Source: Vicugna vicugna
Taxonomy: Eukaryota
Length of the DNA: 64,000 nt
Assembly (NCBI GenBank): GCA_013265495.1
Contig: MU058781.1
Span: forward strand, 4,403,050-4,467,049
Direction of reading: 5' to 3'
Below the pieces are notes generated by a model. That model was given only the letters and a program-made list of their open reading frames with translations, did not search any database and was not told the DNA's origin. The position numbers were made by a program, and so were the translations under genes. Positions 51,281 through 63,500 of this stretch are shown here, one piece after another. Position 1 is the stretch's first letter, and every line of letters starts with the position of its first letter.

Positions 51281-52589
51281 CCTGCCCCATTCATCCTACA
51301 TTTCAAAAGTTAAACTATAGCTCAGGGTTTTCATTCGTTCGTTTGTTTCAAATACGGCACAGTAAGCTAAGGCTGTAGTAGCTCCAAACTGAGCAAACTC
51401 TGAAGCCAAAATTGAGCAGAATCTAAGCCCTTGGAGTGAGCTGAGGGGTTTTATATGCTTAAGGATCTCCCTTCACAGGACACCAAGTTCAGCGACACTG
51501 CAGACGACACCCAACTTCCCATGGTTGTCTTATTTAGTTCTTTGAGCCCAGAAATACAACACCTTGAAAGAGTCTGACCGAATCAAGAATTCAGCTCTCA
51601 TCTGCCCAGGTGGAAAGTTGCACGCAGCCAAGCAAAGCAACCTGATGAAAGCCAGTGTGTTCAGCTCCCTTTCAAATCAGCAACCATAATTGCCACTAGC
51701 ATTTAACATGGCGCGAATCACACCCGCGTTCTGGGGCCAAGAACGGTGGCCAGCTCAGCACCTTCTGAAACCCGGGTGGCTGAAATCCAGGGCAAACAAG
51801 ACTGAACGGATGGACTGCAGCAGTGAGAACTGTAACGTGCCATTGTGATCCAGGGAGCTTGCTGGTCATGCAGCAGGGCCCGGGTGGCCTGCGAAGGGCT
51901 GGATTTAGGGTCAATTCAACCGTCAACCCTGGAAGCTGGGTCTCCACTAACTGCTAATGTGAAGAAATTTGCGTGCCTCTTCCTGGTCTGAAAATGGTGT
52001 TAGCCCTCCTGGATTAAGGAGCTGCGCCGCAGGTCAGAAGTGAAGCGTGGCGATCCCCACGGCAGACCCAGCCTCACAGACACGGTCTGCACACTAATGA
52101 CAACCAGCCAACAGCCAGCTTCCAGGCTCTTCCATTAAGGACTGAGCTCACAGGAGTTGGTAACCACTTAGAATGTTCCACAGAATCCTCAGGACACTAT
52201 TCCAGGAAGGCAGCCCCTCTGTGTGCATCAGTTCAAAAGACAGAGTGGAAAGGGAGGGTAAAGCTGAGATGCCACAGACTCAACAGTTTCTAAATTCTGT
52301 TAGTTTTTGGGGGGGATTTGGGGTTTTGGGGGTTTTTTAAGGTCTAGAATAGCAACTGGGAAAAAGGAGAGAGAAAACATAACTCCCTTGTCAAAAGCAC
52401 ACCCAAGCCAACGCACAGTGGGAATGCTGCCTCTGCCGGTTCTGCTGCCCTCTCTTATCAGTGGAGGAAGCACCCATATTCATTCTCCTATGATGACAGC
52501 ACCCTCTTTAGGATCCTCCCCAAGGCGTGAGGACAGTCACTCGGGTCTGGGGCATCTCAGTCTCAGTCCTGAGAGTCCATAACTGCAAT

Positions 52590-53130
52590 TCATTAATTCA
52601 CGCAAACAGTATTTATCAAGCATTTACTCTGTGTCAGGCACGTGCTCTGAAGTTTGGGATATGCAATCATTAAAGTCAGACAAGTCTTTGCCCTCCTGGA
52701 TCCTTTATTCTAGTTAGAAGGAGACAGGCCATCAACAAACAAGTGACTATACAGACTGTCAGCTGTGGCTAGGTGCCATGGGGAAACAAGGCAGATGGAA
52801 AAGGCCAGGGGTTCCCAGGATGGGGGAATGTGGGCCATGTGGGTAGTCAAAGAAGGTCTCCCTGAAGAGGGGACATTTCAGAGAGACCCTGGGGAAGTGC
52901 AGGAGAAGCCATGCAGAACTGTAGCAAGAGTTTTTGAGGCAAAGGGATCCTGAGGCTGGAGAAGGGCTGGTGAGTTTGCAGAAGAGCAAGGGGCCCGAGG
53001 GGCTGGCAGTGAACAGCAAGGCCAACAGCGAAAGGTGCTGAGACAGAGCGGTGGCAGCAAGCCAGCTCACCTATGGCCCCAGCAGCCATTTTCAGGACTT
53101 TAGCTTTGACTCAACGTATCAGTCGGGGCC
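52590..53130 (-). mobile_element. L2 LINE 3' region
   Basis: ttcattaattcacgcaaacagtatttatcaagcatttactctgtgtcaggcac ... tttgccctcctggatcctttattctagt ... gaaggtctccctgaagaggggacattt. Confidence 0.8.
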
Positions 53131-53298
53131 TGGATAGGCGACAGAACTCCTATCAGTTATCTCAACAAACATTATTTAGAAATAAACTCACTGACCAGGT
53201 AACTGAAAGGGTGAAAAAAAAGATAACTACTGTGGGAAGTGTCTCCACCCCTAAGGCTGGGAGAACAAAGTGTAAGTTATTAAAACTTGGAAGTTCAG

Positions 53299-53433
53299 TG
53301 GTGGGGAGAGTATAGCTCTGTGGTAGAGCACATGCTTAGCAGGCACAGGGTCTTGGGGTCAATCCCCAGCACCTCTACAAAATATAAACAAACAAATCCA
53401 ATTACCTCCCCCTCATAAAAGAGAGAGAGAGAG
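53299..53433 (+). mobile_element. Camelid-type tRNA-derived SINE with TSD
   Basis: ggggagagtatagctctgtggtagagcacatgcttagcaggcacagggtcttggggtcaatccccagcacctct ... attacctcccc; 17-bp TSD aaaacttggaagttcag (53282-53298) / aaaacttgcaagttaag (53434-53450). Confidence 0.9.
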
Positions 53434-53454
53434 AAAACTTGCAAGTTAAGGAAA

Positions 53455-53867
53455 GAGTCCCGTGGGGCTGGAGCCCAGACCTCTGAAGAAGGGGAAATGG
53501 CAACTGGCTCTGATGTCCCTGAGGGGGCACCGTGAGATCTGTCCTGAGTGTGAGAAATTTGCAAAGTAGATTTAACCGCTGCTATGAGAAGGAATTACCT
53601 CTGCAGGGATGAAGCAGCGGGGCTGGGGTCCCAGTCACAGGAGACGCAAGCTGATGGGATACTGGCAGAAAACAGAACAGGAGCAAGCAAGTCCCGTCTC
53701 TTCTCCAGGGGTGTGGTCCCCCTCTAGCATCTCCTACTGGCCAAGCCCAACAGGGAGCCAGCTGACCAAGGAGAAAGGTGGTTTTCTGGGGTCCAGCCTT
53801 GGTAACACACAATCAAGCATGGAAGGATGAGTTGGAAGCTGAGAGGCAGTAACTTAATAACTGACAC
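53455..53867 (-). mobile_element. Old ERVL LTR (LTR16/LTR40/41-like)
   Basis: cctactggccaagcccaacagggagccagctgaccaaggaga ... ggaagctgagaggcagtaacttaataactgacaca. Confidence 0.55.
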
Positions 53868-53894
53868 CCCCTGAATGAGACAGGAAGGCACCAA

Positions 53895-54360
53895 AGGATT
53901 TTAAGCAGGGGTGACAGAAGCTGAGTCACTCTGCCGGCAGGACAGACAGGACAGACAGGGGAAGGCAATGACAGTAGAGGTGGGAGGAGGTGGCTGGATT
54001 CTGGATATTGTTAGTCCCGTTGGATTTGCTGATGACGTGTGTGTGGGCTGTGAGCGAAAGAGAGGAGTCAAGGGTGACGCCCACATTTGGCCTGAGTCAC
54101 CAAATGGAGACAAATTCACAGAGGGAGGGGGAGGTTGAGTGAGAATGTGCTTATGAACAGAGAGAGCGATCTGGAGCTCTGCTGGGGGCAGGTTAGCTTC
54201 GAGGAGGCTGTTACAAATCCAAGTGACAATGTCAGGAGGCAGCTGGGTCCCCAGGCCTGGAGCTCAGGGAGGATCAAGGTCAGGGACATGAATGCGAGAT
54301 TCACCCCCCACCGTATGGATGGATTTTAAAGCCGCGTGCTGGGATGAGATCAGCAGCGAT
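53895..54360 (-). mobile_element. L2 LINE fragment
   Basis: ggattttaagcaggggtgaca ... ggattctggatattg ... ggatttgctgatgacgtgtgtgtggg ... ggagctcagggaggatcaagg. Confidence 0.75.
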
Positions 54361-54369
54361 GTGTCAGCA

Positions 54370-54590
54370 CGGCTCAAAACACACTGCGCTAGGAACAGGA
54401 TTTGGAGTCAGGATGACGTGGGTTCGAACCCAATTCTACCACCACTGCGTAGTCCCCAGCAGTTCCTCACCAGCTTAAGTCTTCATTCCCTCAATGGGGA
54501 CGATAATCATACTGACTGCCTTGGCCCCGTGTGAGGATTCAATGCAGCAAAGTCAGGCAAGCCCTTACACCAGCGCCTGACACGCATTCT
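54370..54590 (+). mobile_element. MIR SINE
   Basis: tttggagtcaggatgacgtgggttcgaacccaattctaccaccact ... gtgaggattcaatg. Confidence 0.75.
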
Positions 54591-55510
54591 AAGCTGGAGA
54601 ATGAGGGAGCAGTCTGTCCTCCTCAGTGAGGAAACTAAGGACAAAGGAGGTCAGGAGAGGAACTTGAGTGCCTCCTGGGCACGAGGTTGGAAGAACAGCT
54701 CCTCTTACTCGTGAATAACTGGCCAGAGAGTGAGAGACGCTAGACAACCAACAGATACGGGGAAAAAGATTCACAAAAGGACTCCTTCAAAAACAAAAAC
54801 AAAATTAGCAATCCTTTAAAATGTCAAAACTGAGTTTGCAGGGCAAATGCAACACAGAAACAGAAACCCTGCCGCAGGATGAACTCCTGAGACATCAGCG
54901 TGAGCCCGTCGTGAGCCGGCGGAGCTAGGGGTGAGTCAGGCTGAGCCCAGGCATCACGACAGCAGCCCCCACGCACCAGTCCCCACTCGCTCCAGATCCG
55001 CCTGGGGACGGAGCCCCGTCCTCCCGCTAATTGTTCACCTCTCAGTAAGCATTTTCACATGAGGCAGGCGTTTCTTTCCAAGAGCTCCGCCGCAGGGTTA
55101 TGTAAGGTTCTACTGTATTCCTGGCCCAAGAACTGAGACCAGCTGCTTGCACAGGGCGCTCCCTTCCTAGGGGGTAGGTCAACTCAGGAAACCCAACCGC
55201 AGATCACAAAGCTCAGAAAATCCAGCCGTGGAGTGAAAGGGGCTGCCTTCTTCAAGGGTAGTGAGCACCCTGCCTGCTGGACCCCCAGTGTGAGCTCAGA
55301 GCTCCCTCCCTCCGGGAAGACACGACAGACCTTTCAACAAAGTCTCTCCACGGTCACCTCGCTTGGTATCAAAAGCGCTTCATACTGTTCTGCTTACAGC
55401 AGCCCTTCCCCGCACAAGTTCCCAACACTCTCACAATGCAAAGAACTCAACTGTCCAGGGATTATATTCCAAACAGCTGTTCCTGGACGCGAGGACAGAT
55501 CCATCTGGAG

Positions 55511-56046
55511 CAGCAACTCTCAGCCTCGGCTGCAGCTGAAGTCTCCAGGGAAGACTGGAACAGTGCTGATGCCCAGGCCCCACCCAGGCCAACTGCTCTG
55601 GCCTGCAGCGCATCCCCACAAACGCACAGGTTGACGTCCTAACCCCCCGTGCCTCAGGATGTAACGCTACTTGAGACAGGGTCTTTAAAGAGGGGGCTGA
55701 AGGTAAAATGAGGTCGCTAGGATGGGCTGTAGTGGAATATGACTGGTGTCCTAAGAAGAGGAGGTTAGGGCACAGACATGTACAGAGGGAAGACCAGGTG
55801 AGCACACAGGGAGGAGAGAGGCCTCAGAGGAAGCGACACTGCCAACCCTTTGGTCGTCTAGGCTGCAGAGCCGCGAGACAACAGACCTCTATGGTTTAAA
55901 CCGGTGGCCTGTGGCCCTTTTCTACAGCAGCCCCGGGAAACCAGCAGACCAGCTGAGTCCGAATCTCTGGGAAGGAGAATCAGCTTCAGTGTTTATTACA
56001 GTTCTTCAAGCGCTTTGACTACACAGCTGCATTTTAGAATTCGCTG
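55511..56046. mobile_element. MER5A (55511-55593 and 55949-56046) split by an MLT1 LTR
   Basis: gctgatgcccaggccccacccaggcc | LTR | agctgagtccgaatctctggg ... ttagaattcgctg. Confidence 0.7.
55594..55948 (+). mobile_element. MaLR solo LTR (MLT1A/B-like) with 5-bp TSD
   Basis: gttgacgtcctaacccccc ... ttgagacagggtctttaaagag ... atgactggtgtcctaagaag ... acagcagccccgggaaac; flanks ccaac / ccagc. Confidence 0.85.
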
Positions 56047-59000
56047 TTCTAGATGATAGATTTCTTCCAGTCAGCTAAGACCAAAGCTGACCCTTAAGAC
56101 TGTTCCTCTAAGAATACATCATGCATGATTCTTGGTGTCACTTCCTTCCCTCCCTCCCTCCTTTCCACCCTTCCTTCCTTGAAAACAATGGACAGACCAC
56201 AGCCCTCATCTCAGCCTCAAACTGAGCATAAAACAAGTTAAGTTCCATCTAACATCCTTCCATTAAAATCTGAACCACTGGGTGGCTCCTAAGAAAATCT
56301 CTAACAAAGCTGAGGACCTGGAAAAGGGCTCTAATCTGATGAAAGACTCCGGGTGAGGAAAGAGGCTGCTTGCTTCAAAGGCAAACAGGGAAAGACAAGG
56401 CAACCCCTTCCCTCTTCAGAGTTTGCCCCGTCAGACTCAGTGTCTTTTTTTTTTTTTTTAACCACAGCAACATAGTCTTAGGAATGGTCAAATGGCCACC
56501 ATAAGTGCAGGCAGAGACAGAGCTGCAGCAAGAAACTGGAGACAGATCTGTGTTAAAGGCCAGGCTTCATTTTTCTGCCCCTGGTTGGTTCAAAATAAGC
56601 CACCAGCAGTGACCTGGTCACTGCAATTCTTTAAATAGTGATGCCAAGCTGGACTGGAGAGCCAGTCTGTCCCCTTCTCTGTGCCTCTGTGTCCCTGCCT
56701 GTCACACTGACACAGGCAATATGGACATCTGAGCACCACTCAGGGAAGGTGAGCAGCTAAGAATTTTAATCATCCTCCTTTTCAAACGGAATCTTATTTA
56801 CACGTGTTTCCCCCGCACTTGGGTGCTGTCCCCTCCCCCTCTTTTTTTATTCATTCTTAAAAGCTTCTATTATCAATCACTGCATGGGGTAAATTTTCAA
56901 ATCAGCAGTCAGAGTTTTTAAGCTGCAGGACTTCTATTACAGTCAAAAGGAGGCAGGTGACCAACATGGATGCAGTCTCAAAAATCCCCACAGCAGCGTA
57001 CTTCCTCAGCTTCATTCATTCGTTTTCACGGCCCATGTCAAGGTTGGGTGTTCACAAAGGCTTCTCTGAGGATGGGTCTATCTTTCACGGGACCAGGGCA
57101 AGAGGAGGGCAGAGACACTGAGCTTGGAGAGAGAACAGAAGGAGAGCAGGTCTGCACACTGTTTTTCTTCAGCATTTTATCTCATCTACCAGAGCCAGCT
57201 CTGCTACGAAGGGACGTGTGCCGAGTCTGGGTAATGGTTCTCCTTCCATCATTCTGGCTTCCTTTTCCCCAATCATCACAGTGTCTCTAAAGGATGCCTT
57301 CCACCCACTGGCGAGTCCATCCCTGTACAAGAAGTCCTGACCCACATTCCAGCAGCTCCAGGGACCTCTTGGCTCTGCCCACTCTGGGGACATAGTCTTG
57401 GGCCCTTCCACTCTGACCTCCTGGCTTTTCCTTTCATCCAGCCACTTGGACTTTAGTGTCTGATATCATCTTTATACCCAGAGACTGCCTTTTATATGAC
57501 ATCCAAGGGCTAAGGAAGACCTCCCTATAACCACTTGGCCACCCAGTTCTAGGCCACTGAATGTCCAAAATCTTCCCTGCAAACCCAGCCAGTATGGGGG
57601 ACTAGCCTCCCTGCTTCTGGTTCCCAGCGTCACATACTGCTTCTGGGATGCCCCCTATTGAACCCCTGCACTCAACATCACGCCTGCGAAATAACTAACA
57701 AGTACCAAAGACAGGAGAGCGAGAGGGAAGGTCTCCATCAGGCACAAATAAAGAATCCAGGTTGTATTCTCCAATTCCTCTTGGTGACCCCACAATCTCT
57801 TTCTCTGCCCTCCTCTGACCCAGCTCCCCGCTGTCGCCAGGATTGCCCCCAGAACTTGAATCTTCTTCCCTCCATTATGTAGAGCAGCTCAGGAAAACCC
57901 TGCAGACACAGCGCCCAGCACAAAGATCTCCCCTTAACAACGGTCCACCGCCTTTCTCAGAGGAATGGGCTCACCTCAGGCACGTCATTATTCAAAGGCC
58001 AGTTTCCTCTAGGAGGGTTCTGCCTCCATTCCCTCATCTGACGTGAGGAGCAGCCCCTGAATCAAACAAGAGCTGCCCAGGGGCCGGAGTGGTAACCAAT
58101 CTGGTTCTATCAGATCTTCTCGCAGGAAACTGGGATGCGAGGGTCACTCACAGCCAACAGTAGCCAGTGAAGCTGTTGGTAGAGCAGCAAGCAAGCCAGG
58201 AGGTGGCACCGGGGTAGGCGGTGAGCAGAAGCCAGGGAAGCCCAGAAGCCCGAGGAAGCCAAAATCGCATGCTGTGGAATGAGAGACAGGAAAGGTGGTG
58301 GCAGGTAGTGGCAGCTGAAGCAGGGAAGGAGAGGGACCATCCCATAAGACCAGGCAAGGTGCTCTGGCAGGAAGGAGGCACCGTCTTCCCTAAGCTGCCG
58401 CAGTTATCCACTGCAGGGCTACAGACCGTGTCCTCTGCTGGCTGACTTCCCTGTGTAGGATGCAATCAATCCTCACTGCCTCAGGCGCCCCAAGGACTTC
58501 TCTGCTCCTTAAAACCTAGAATGGTGGGTTGTGTGCACACTCTGCTTGCCAGTGTCCAAGCACGTGCCATCTGCCCGCCCCCCGCCCTTTGGAGCAGGGA
58601 TCTGCTTACTCACTCAGATTCATCTCTTGTGTTCACAGCCTCTAGCACAGAGCTATCTTCAAAGTTTGATTTCCTTCCAGTCCAGCCCTCTACATTATGC
58701 CTATAATGTTACCCTACTTTCCTATCATTCCTCATATGTCATTAGGCAAAAATAAACACTGTATAAAAATATATGCCCAAATATAAGATCTCCAACTTTC
58801 CTCCTCCAGGTTGACAAACACATGGCAAGGGGTAGTTTCAACTAAAATATCAACTGGTTCCCAAAGAAAGAACACTGAACTAGACCTTGCTGTAAAAACA
58901 AAAGCTGTGATTCCTTCCCCCACACACTTGGGCAGCCATCCCGTCAGCGTCACAGTAAACTGGAGAGTCGGGGACTACCGGGTTCTTCTGTGCTCTGAGG

Positions 59001-60315
59001 AATTGTAGAATGATCAGGCTTCAAAGTCCTCAAGTCAGGTATAAAGTGCCCAGTTTAGCAAGGACTTTTCTAGCTCTACCATAGCCATTGTTCAGAAAAA
59101 AACCTATGGAGAAGTAGATTCTGCAAAACTCAGAGAGGAAGAAAATGAATTGAAGAAAGCTGTGCAGCAGGGAACAGGAAGACCGCAGGTGACTCTCCAC
59201 CAAATGGGGCTTATGCCAAAGAGAAAGTGCCCGTCTATTGCCTTCGATCAGAAATGGCTCCATGGAGCAAATGAACAGATTTCAGCTATTAGCTCTGAAA
59301 GAGACCTTTCTTCTCTGTTTTCCTGCTGAAAATTTCTGACTCTGTTGATAACCAGTGTTTGAATACAGCCTATGCAGGGTCATATCACATGGCATCTATA
59401 TACACAATGAAACTTCAGAAATTCAGATTATTATAGTGGGATTAAAGTACAGAGACCCACGCTCTACCACCACCCTCGTTCCCTACTCACCATTAACTGC
59501 ACGGGTCCAGCAGGCCACTCTCCAGTGGAAGCCAACCATACCCTCCAAAGGTGCGAGCTGTGGAGGCATCACCTCCCATGCAGATACCTGTGTTTCTTCG
59601 GAGCCGGCTAACAACCCAGGTGCTGCTCACACCAATATGGCCCCACAGGCTGGATATATACCTACCTCTTCCCCTCCCACTCAAGAAACTACATGAGAAT
59701 GCAAGGATCTAAGAACAGCATTTTTAAGGAGGCTCATTCTGGGGTGCACTGTAATTTATCAACAAAGTAAATTGCTCAAAACTTTGATATTTCAATAATT
59801 ACTCATGAATAAATTCCTTCCCACATCCAGTATGGGCACTGTGGTTGAGAACATTGACTTTTTAGAAATCCTGAGATGCCTCCCATTAGAACTGCTGATG
59901 TCTGACTATTGAGCAAAAAGAAGAAATGCTACTGTTAACTGAGTCGTAGAAGACCCTAGCACTTTAGAGGGAATCAAGACACCTCTCTCTTTCTCACAAC
60001 ACGTTCACAAAAACTATATAATCTCCAGTGACAACAGCAAGTGTGTGATTACCCAGTGATGGCTCCATCCACCTCTAAACAAAGGAAACAGGATAAATCC
60101 ATGCAGCTTTATCATCATTATGGATGATGCCTATTTTTATTTTTTGTAGGTCTGTAAACTTTCTAATTCCCTCAAAATGAACATCCATTACTTTAATGGA
60201 ATATTGTTTAAAATGTTATGTAAAAAAATAAAATATCTTCAAGACTAGGAGTGGAAAGTCATGATGTGAGGGGATGCTATCAGCCAGTGCGAAGAGGGGA
60301 CACTTAAAAATACCA

Positions 60316-60660
60316 CTAAAAAAAAGACACAAATGAACTTGTTTACAAAACAAAAACAGACTTATCGACATAGAAAAAAACATGGTTACAGGGTGGTGGG
60401 GGAAGGGTTTGGGAAGGGATAAATTGGGAGTTCGAGGTTCGCAGATTCTAACTACTGTATATAAAATAGATAAACAACGTTTCTTCTGTACAGCACAGGG
60501 AACTATAATCAATATCTTGTAGTAACCTATAAAGAAAAAGAATATGAAAATGAATATATGTATGTATATGCATGAGTGAAACATCATGCTGTGCACCAGA
60601 GATTGACACAACACTGTAAACGGACTATACTTCATTAAATAAAAATAAATAAATAAAAAT
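60316..60660 (+). mobile_element. Camelid/artiodactyl L1 3' end with A-rich tail
   Basis: gacacaaatgaacttgtttacaaaac ... gggataaattgggagtt ... tatataaaatagataaacaac ... agcacagggaactata ... gacacaacactgtaaacggactatacttca followed by an (aaat)n tail. Confidence 0.92.
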
Positions 60661-61889
60661 ATCTCCAAAGAAGAGGGGAAAAGCTCACTCCCTTTTTATT
60701 AAAAGATTCCTTGACTGCCTCCCAGTGTGCTAGATATCATGACAACACCTCTACCCTCTCAACAAACAAAAGACACCCCTCTCTAAGTGTCTGTAATATG
60801 AGACATGACCTGTAGGGTCTAGTATTTCAAACACATGTTTACAAGTCATCTATCAGCTAAGCTTCTATGAGTGAAAGAAACAATTTTCTAGAAAAACTTT
60901 CTCCCTGAATTGGAAATGAAAGTCAACCAAAGGTACCTATGCCACCAACCAACACCAAGACCCATGTGGTCACTGAGGAAACAAAAGCTCAGGTAATTTC
61001 CTTCCAATTGTCTGGGCAGCAGCTGAATCACAATCTGGGGATTAAGATGCTGACAATCAGAGGACCACCGAACGGCTTTTCCACGTAACCCACCATTTCT
61101 CGTGCTAGAGCTGGGAGCACTGAGATCAGGTGGTGGCCAGGACAGAAGGGGGAGGGCACCAGGAAAGGGGAGAGACAGGTACACAGAGGCAGGTAGTCTC
61201 TCTGGGAAGAAGAACAAGAATCAAGAGAAAGAAAAAGAAGGAGGAGGAGGACAGAGATAAAAATGAAGCCAAGGAAGTTAAGCGTTCCTCATTACCAATG
61301 CTGGGAAGATGCTCTAGGTCTGTTCTTCAGACCCATCCGGACCGGGAACAGTAACTTACAAAAGTCAAAGGATAGGGGAGGCCCCCCAGTGGCCGAGACT
61401 TTGCCACGAAAACACACCAGGGAAGCAGTTTGCGGACATTTGTGAAACAAAGCTGGGAGAAGCCTCCACAATCTTACAGTCTCAGTCCTGTCAAATGACA
61501 AGTGCCTCTTTTATGTAAGGATCAAACGGTGTCGGAGGCAGTACCATAAGCAAAACTTCAGTGACATTGATTTTGCATGTTAGTAGAGTTGCTTCTAAAG
61601 AGGAACTCCCCCGACTGCCAGAGAGGTTGTTCACCTGAAAACTGCCATTGTGCAGCTCACTTAGCAGCACAAACAGGCCAACAGGAACAAACTCATCCAG
61701 CCCTTCTGACAGCATCACGTTGACACTTCAATTACCTGATAACTGCAGCCATGTTCTCCTAGCTGAGCAGGGAAACTTCAAAAGAGCTTAACCTTTTTCC
61801 CTCTCCAGCTTCCACTCACCTTGCACCTCTCCTGCCTTCATGGCTGGGTCTCCACGGGAAGGTTGTTACTGACATGCGAATGAATACAA

Positions 61890-62060
61890 AAAGAGTCCCA
61901 GACCTGAATTCAAATCCTGACTCTACCACTGACCCGTGACGTGATCCTAGACGAATCGCGTCACTAATGAACCTCAGGTTCTTCGGCTATAAAACAGAAA
62001 TTGCCGTGAGAAATCAAGTAAAAACTCTTTGGAACACACAGGTGCTGTGATGACTCAGTG
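61890..62060 (+). mobile_element. MIR SINE
   Basis: cagacctgaattcaaatcctgactctaccactgac ... gaacctcaggttcttcggctataaaa. Confidence 0.7.
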
Positions 62061-62769
62061 TGACGCCAATAATAGCAAGTAAATAAGGGTTTGGCTTACT
62101 CTAAAGGAAAAGTACGTTTCTTCTCACCTAAAATACTCACTACTTCTTGAGCAGATTAGAAGTAGCCGGTCTATCTTTAGCTTTATGTAAAAATAGTCCG
62201 CGCCAAGTATACTAAAAAATTTTTAAGGGATAAATTAGCCTGATAACTCTATCCACCCACTATAAGCAAAACAAATAAACAAAACAAAACAAACAAAATT
62301 TTTATGTCCAAGAAATAATTACAGGTGATGAACATGATGATGATGTTAATGATAAAGAAAAATACGGCAGAGTCAACATCAACCTTATCAACACCGACAT
62401 CTACAAGTAAACCAAATTTATTTATAAGGAGTTTTGGGAATTTTTTAAATTTTATTTTAAAGATGGCAGCAGAGAATATTACAGACATCCCTGGGCTCCA
62501 CTCTACTTTACACAGATTTCTGCTAAAGCAACTGGAGTCTTTTTATTGCATCAGTTTGCATCAGTTTGTTTGTCCCTTGCTGGAATGTGAGCTCCTACAG
62601 GTAAGATCTGCACCTTAGCCATTTTTGTATACCTGATGCTTGGCACAGAGTGGGCCAGGATGGATGGGTGGATGGTCAGTCCATTAGCACTGGTAGGCAA
62701 ACTAAGATAGAACCATAAAAAGAAAGTTCTTTTATAAGTTTATACTATACTTGTATCAAAACCCCTAAC

Positions 62770-63500
62770 AAAAATGGTTTAATCAAATTAAACAGTTGTG
62801 TATTCCTCTCCTACACAGAGGTCTAGAGGTGGTCGGTCCACAGCTCCACAGTGACAGGGACTTGTGTGTCTTGAATCTTATTGCTCTGCTGTGTGTGGCT
62901 TTCATTCCCAAGTTTATATCTTGGTGCAAGATGGTTCTGAAGCTCCAGGTGTTATCATCACAATCCAGGTCACGAGAAGGTAGAAGACAGGTATGCATAG
63001 GTATTCAGGGAGTAAAATGGATGAACTGTGTCAAAGAATGCAATTTTCCTCTCAATGTCCATTTCTCCCCTTTTAAATAACAGAATCTCATTTTTTATTC
63101 TAGCTTACTGCCATCCACAATAAATACTATATTCCCCAGCCTACCCTGCAGCTAAGTGTGCTCATATAACTAACTTATTACAGTAAGATATAAGCAGAAG
63201 TTTGTATGGAAGTTCTGGGAAGTTCTTCCCCTTTACAGGAACAAAGATATGATGGCTGGAGCTCTAGCAGCTATATTGGACCATAAAGACCATAAGGACA
63301 AAAGCTACATTCTGAGAACGACAGGCTAATGAACTAGAAGAAACCTGAATATCTGAAAACCTCATCGAGGAACCAGACCAGCCCTAGACTGCCAACTCTG
63401 AACATCTTTTATGTAAGAGAGAAATTAATATAGTTACACTATAGTTACATTTCTGTCCATAGTTCTATTTCTGTCTCCCATAATGCTGAATCTAGTACAG
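62770..63500. mobile_element. Two old MaLR/ERVL LTR fragments (minus ~62770-63010; plus ~63040-63500)
   Basis: caagatggttctgaagctccagg (antisense MLT1J/K-like); tattccccagcctaccctgcagctaagtgtg ... gatggctggagctctagcagctatattggacc ... tgtaagagagaaattaa. Confidence 0.6.

Noticed and set aside
53303..53376. Functional tRNA gene
   Set aside because: The tRNA-like region continues into a SINE body and tail bounded by a TSD, so it is a SINE head
50850..54740. Additional tiny AG/GT-bounded minus-strand segments (~50852-50870, ~54709-54739)
   Set aside because: Short enough to occur by chance, close to repeat remnants, and without independent support
44393..63450. Micro-duplications (aaagtattgatg ~44393-44435, ctaggag ~48837-48855, tgcatcagtt ~62547-62567, tatagttaca ~63429-63449) and purine/pyrimidine tracts (56143-56180, 61200-61270)
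   Set aside because: Ordinary replication-slippage products and low-complexity DNA
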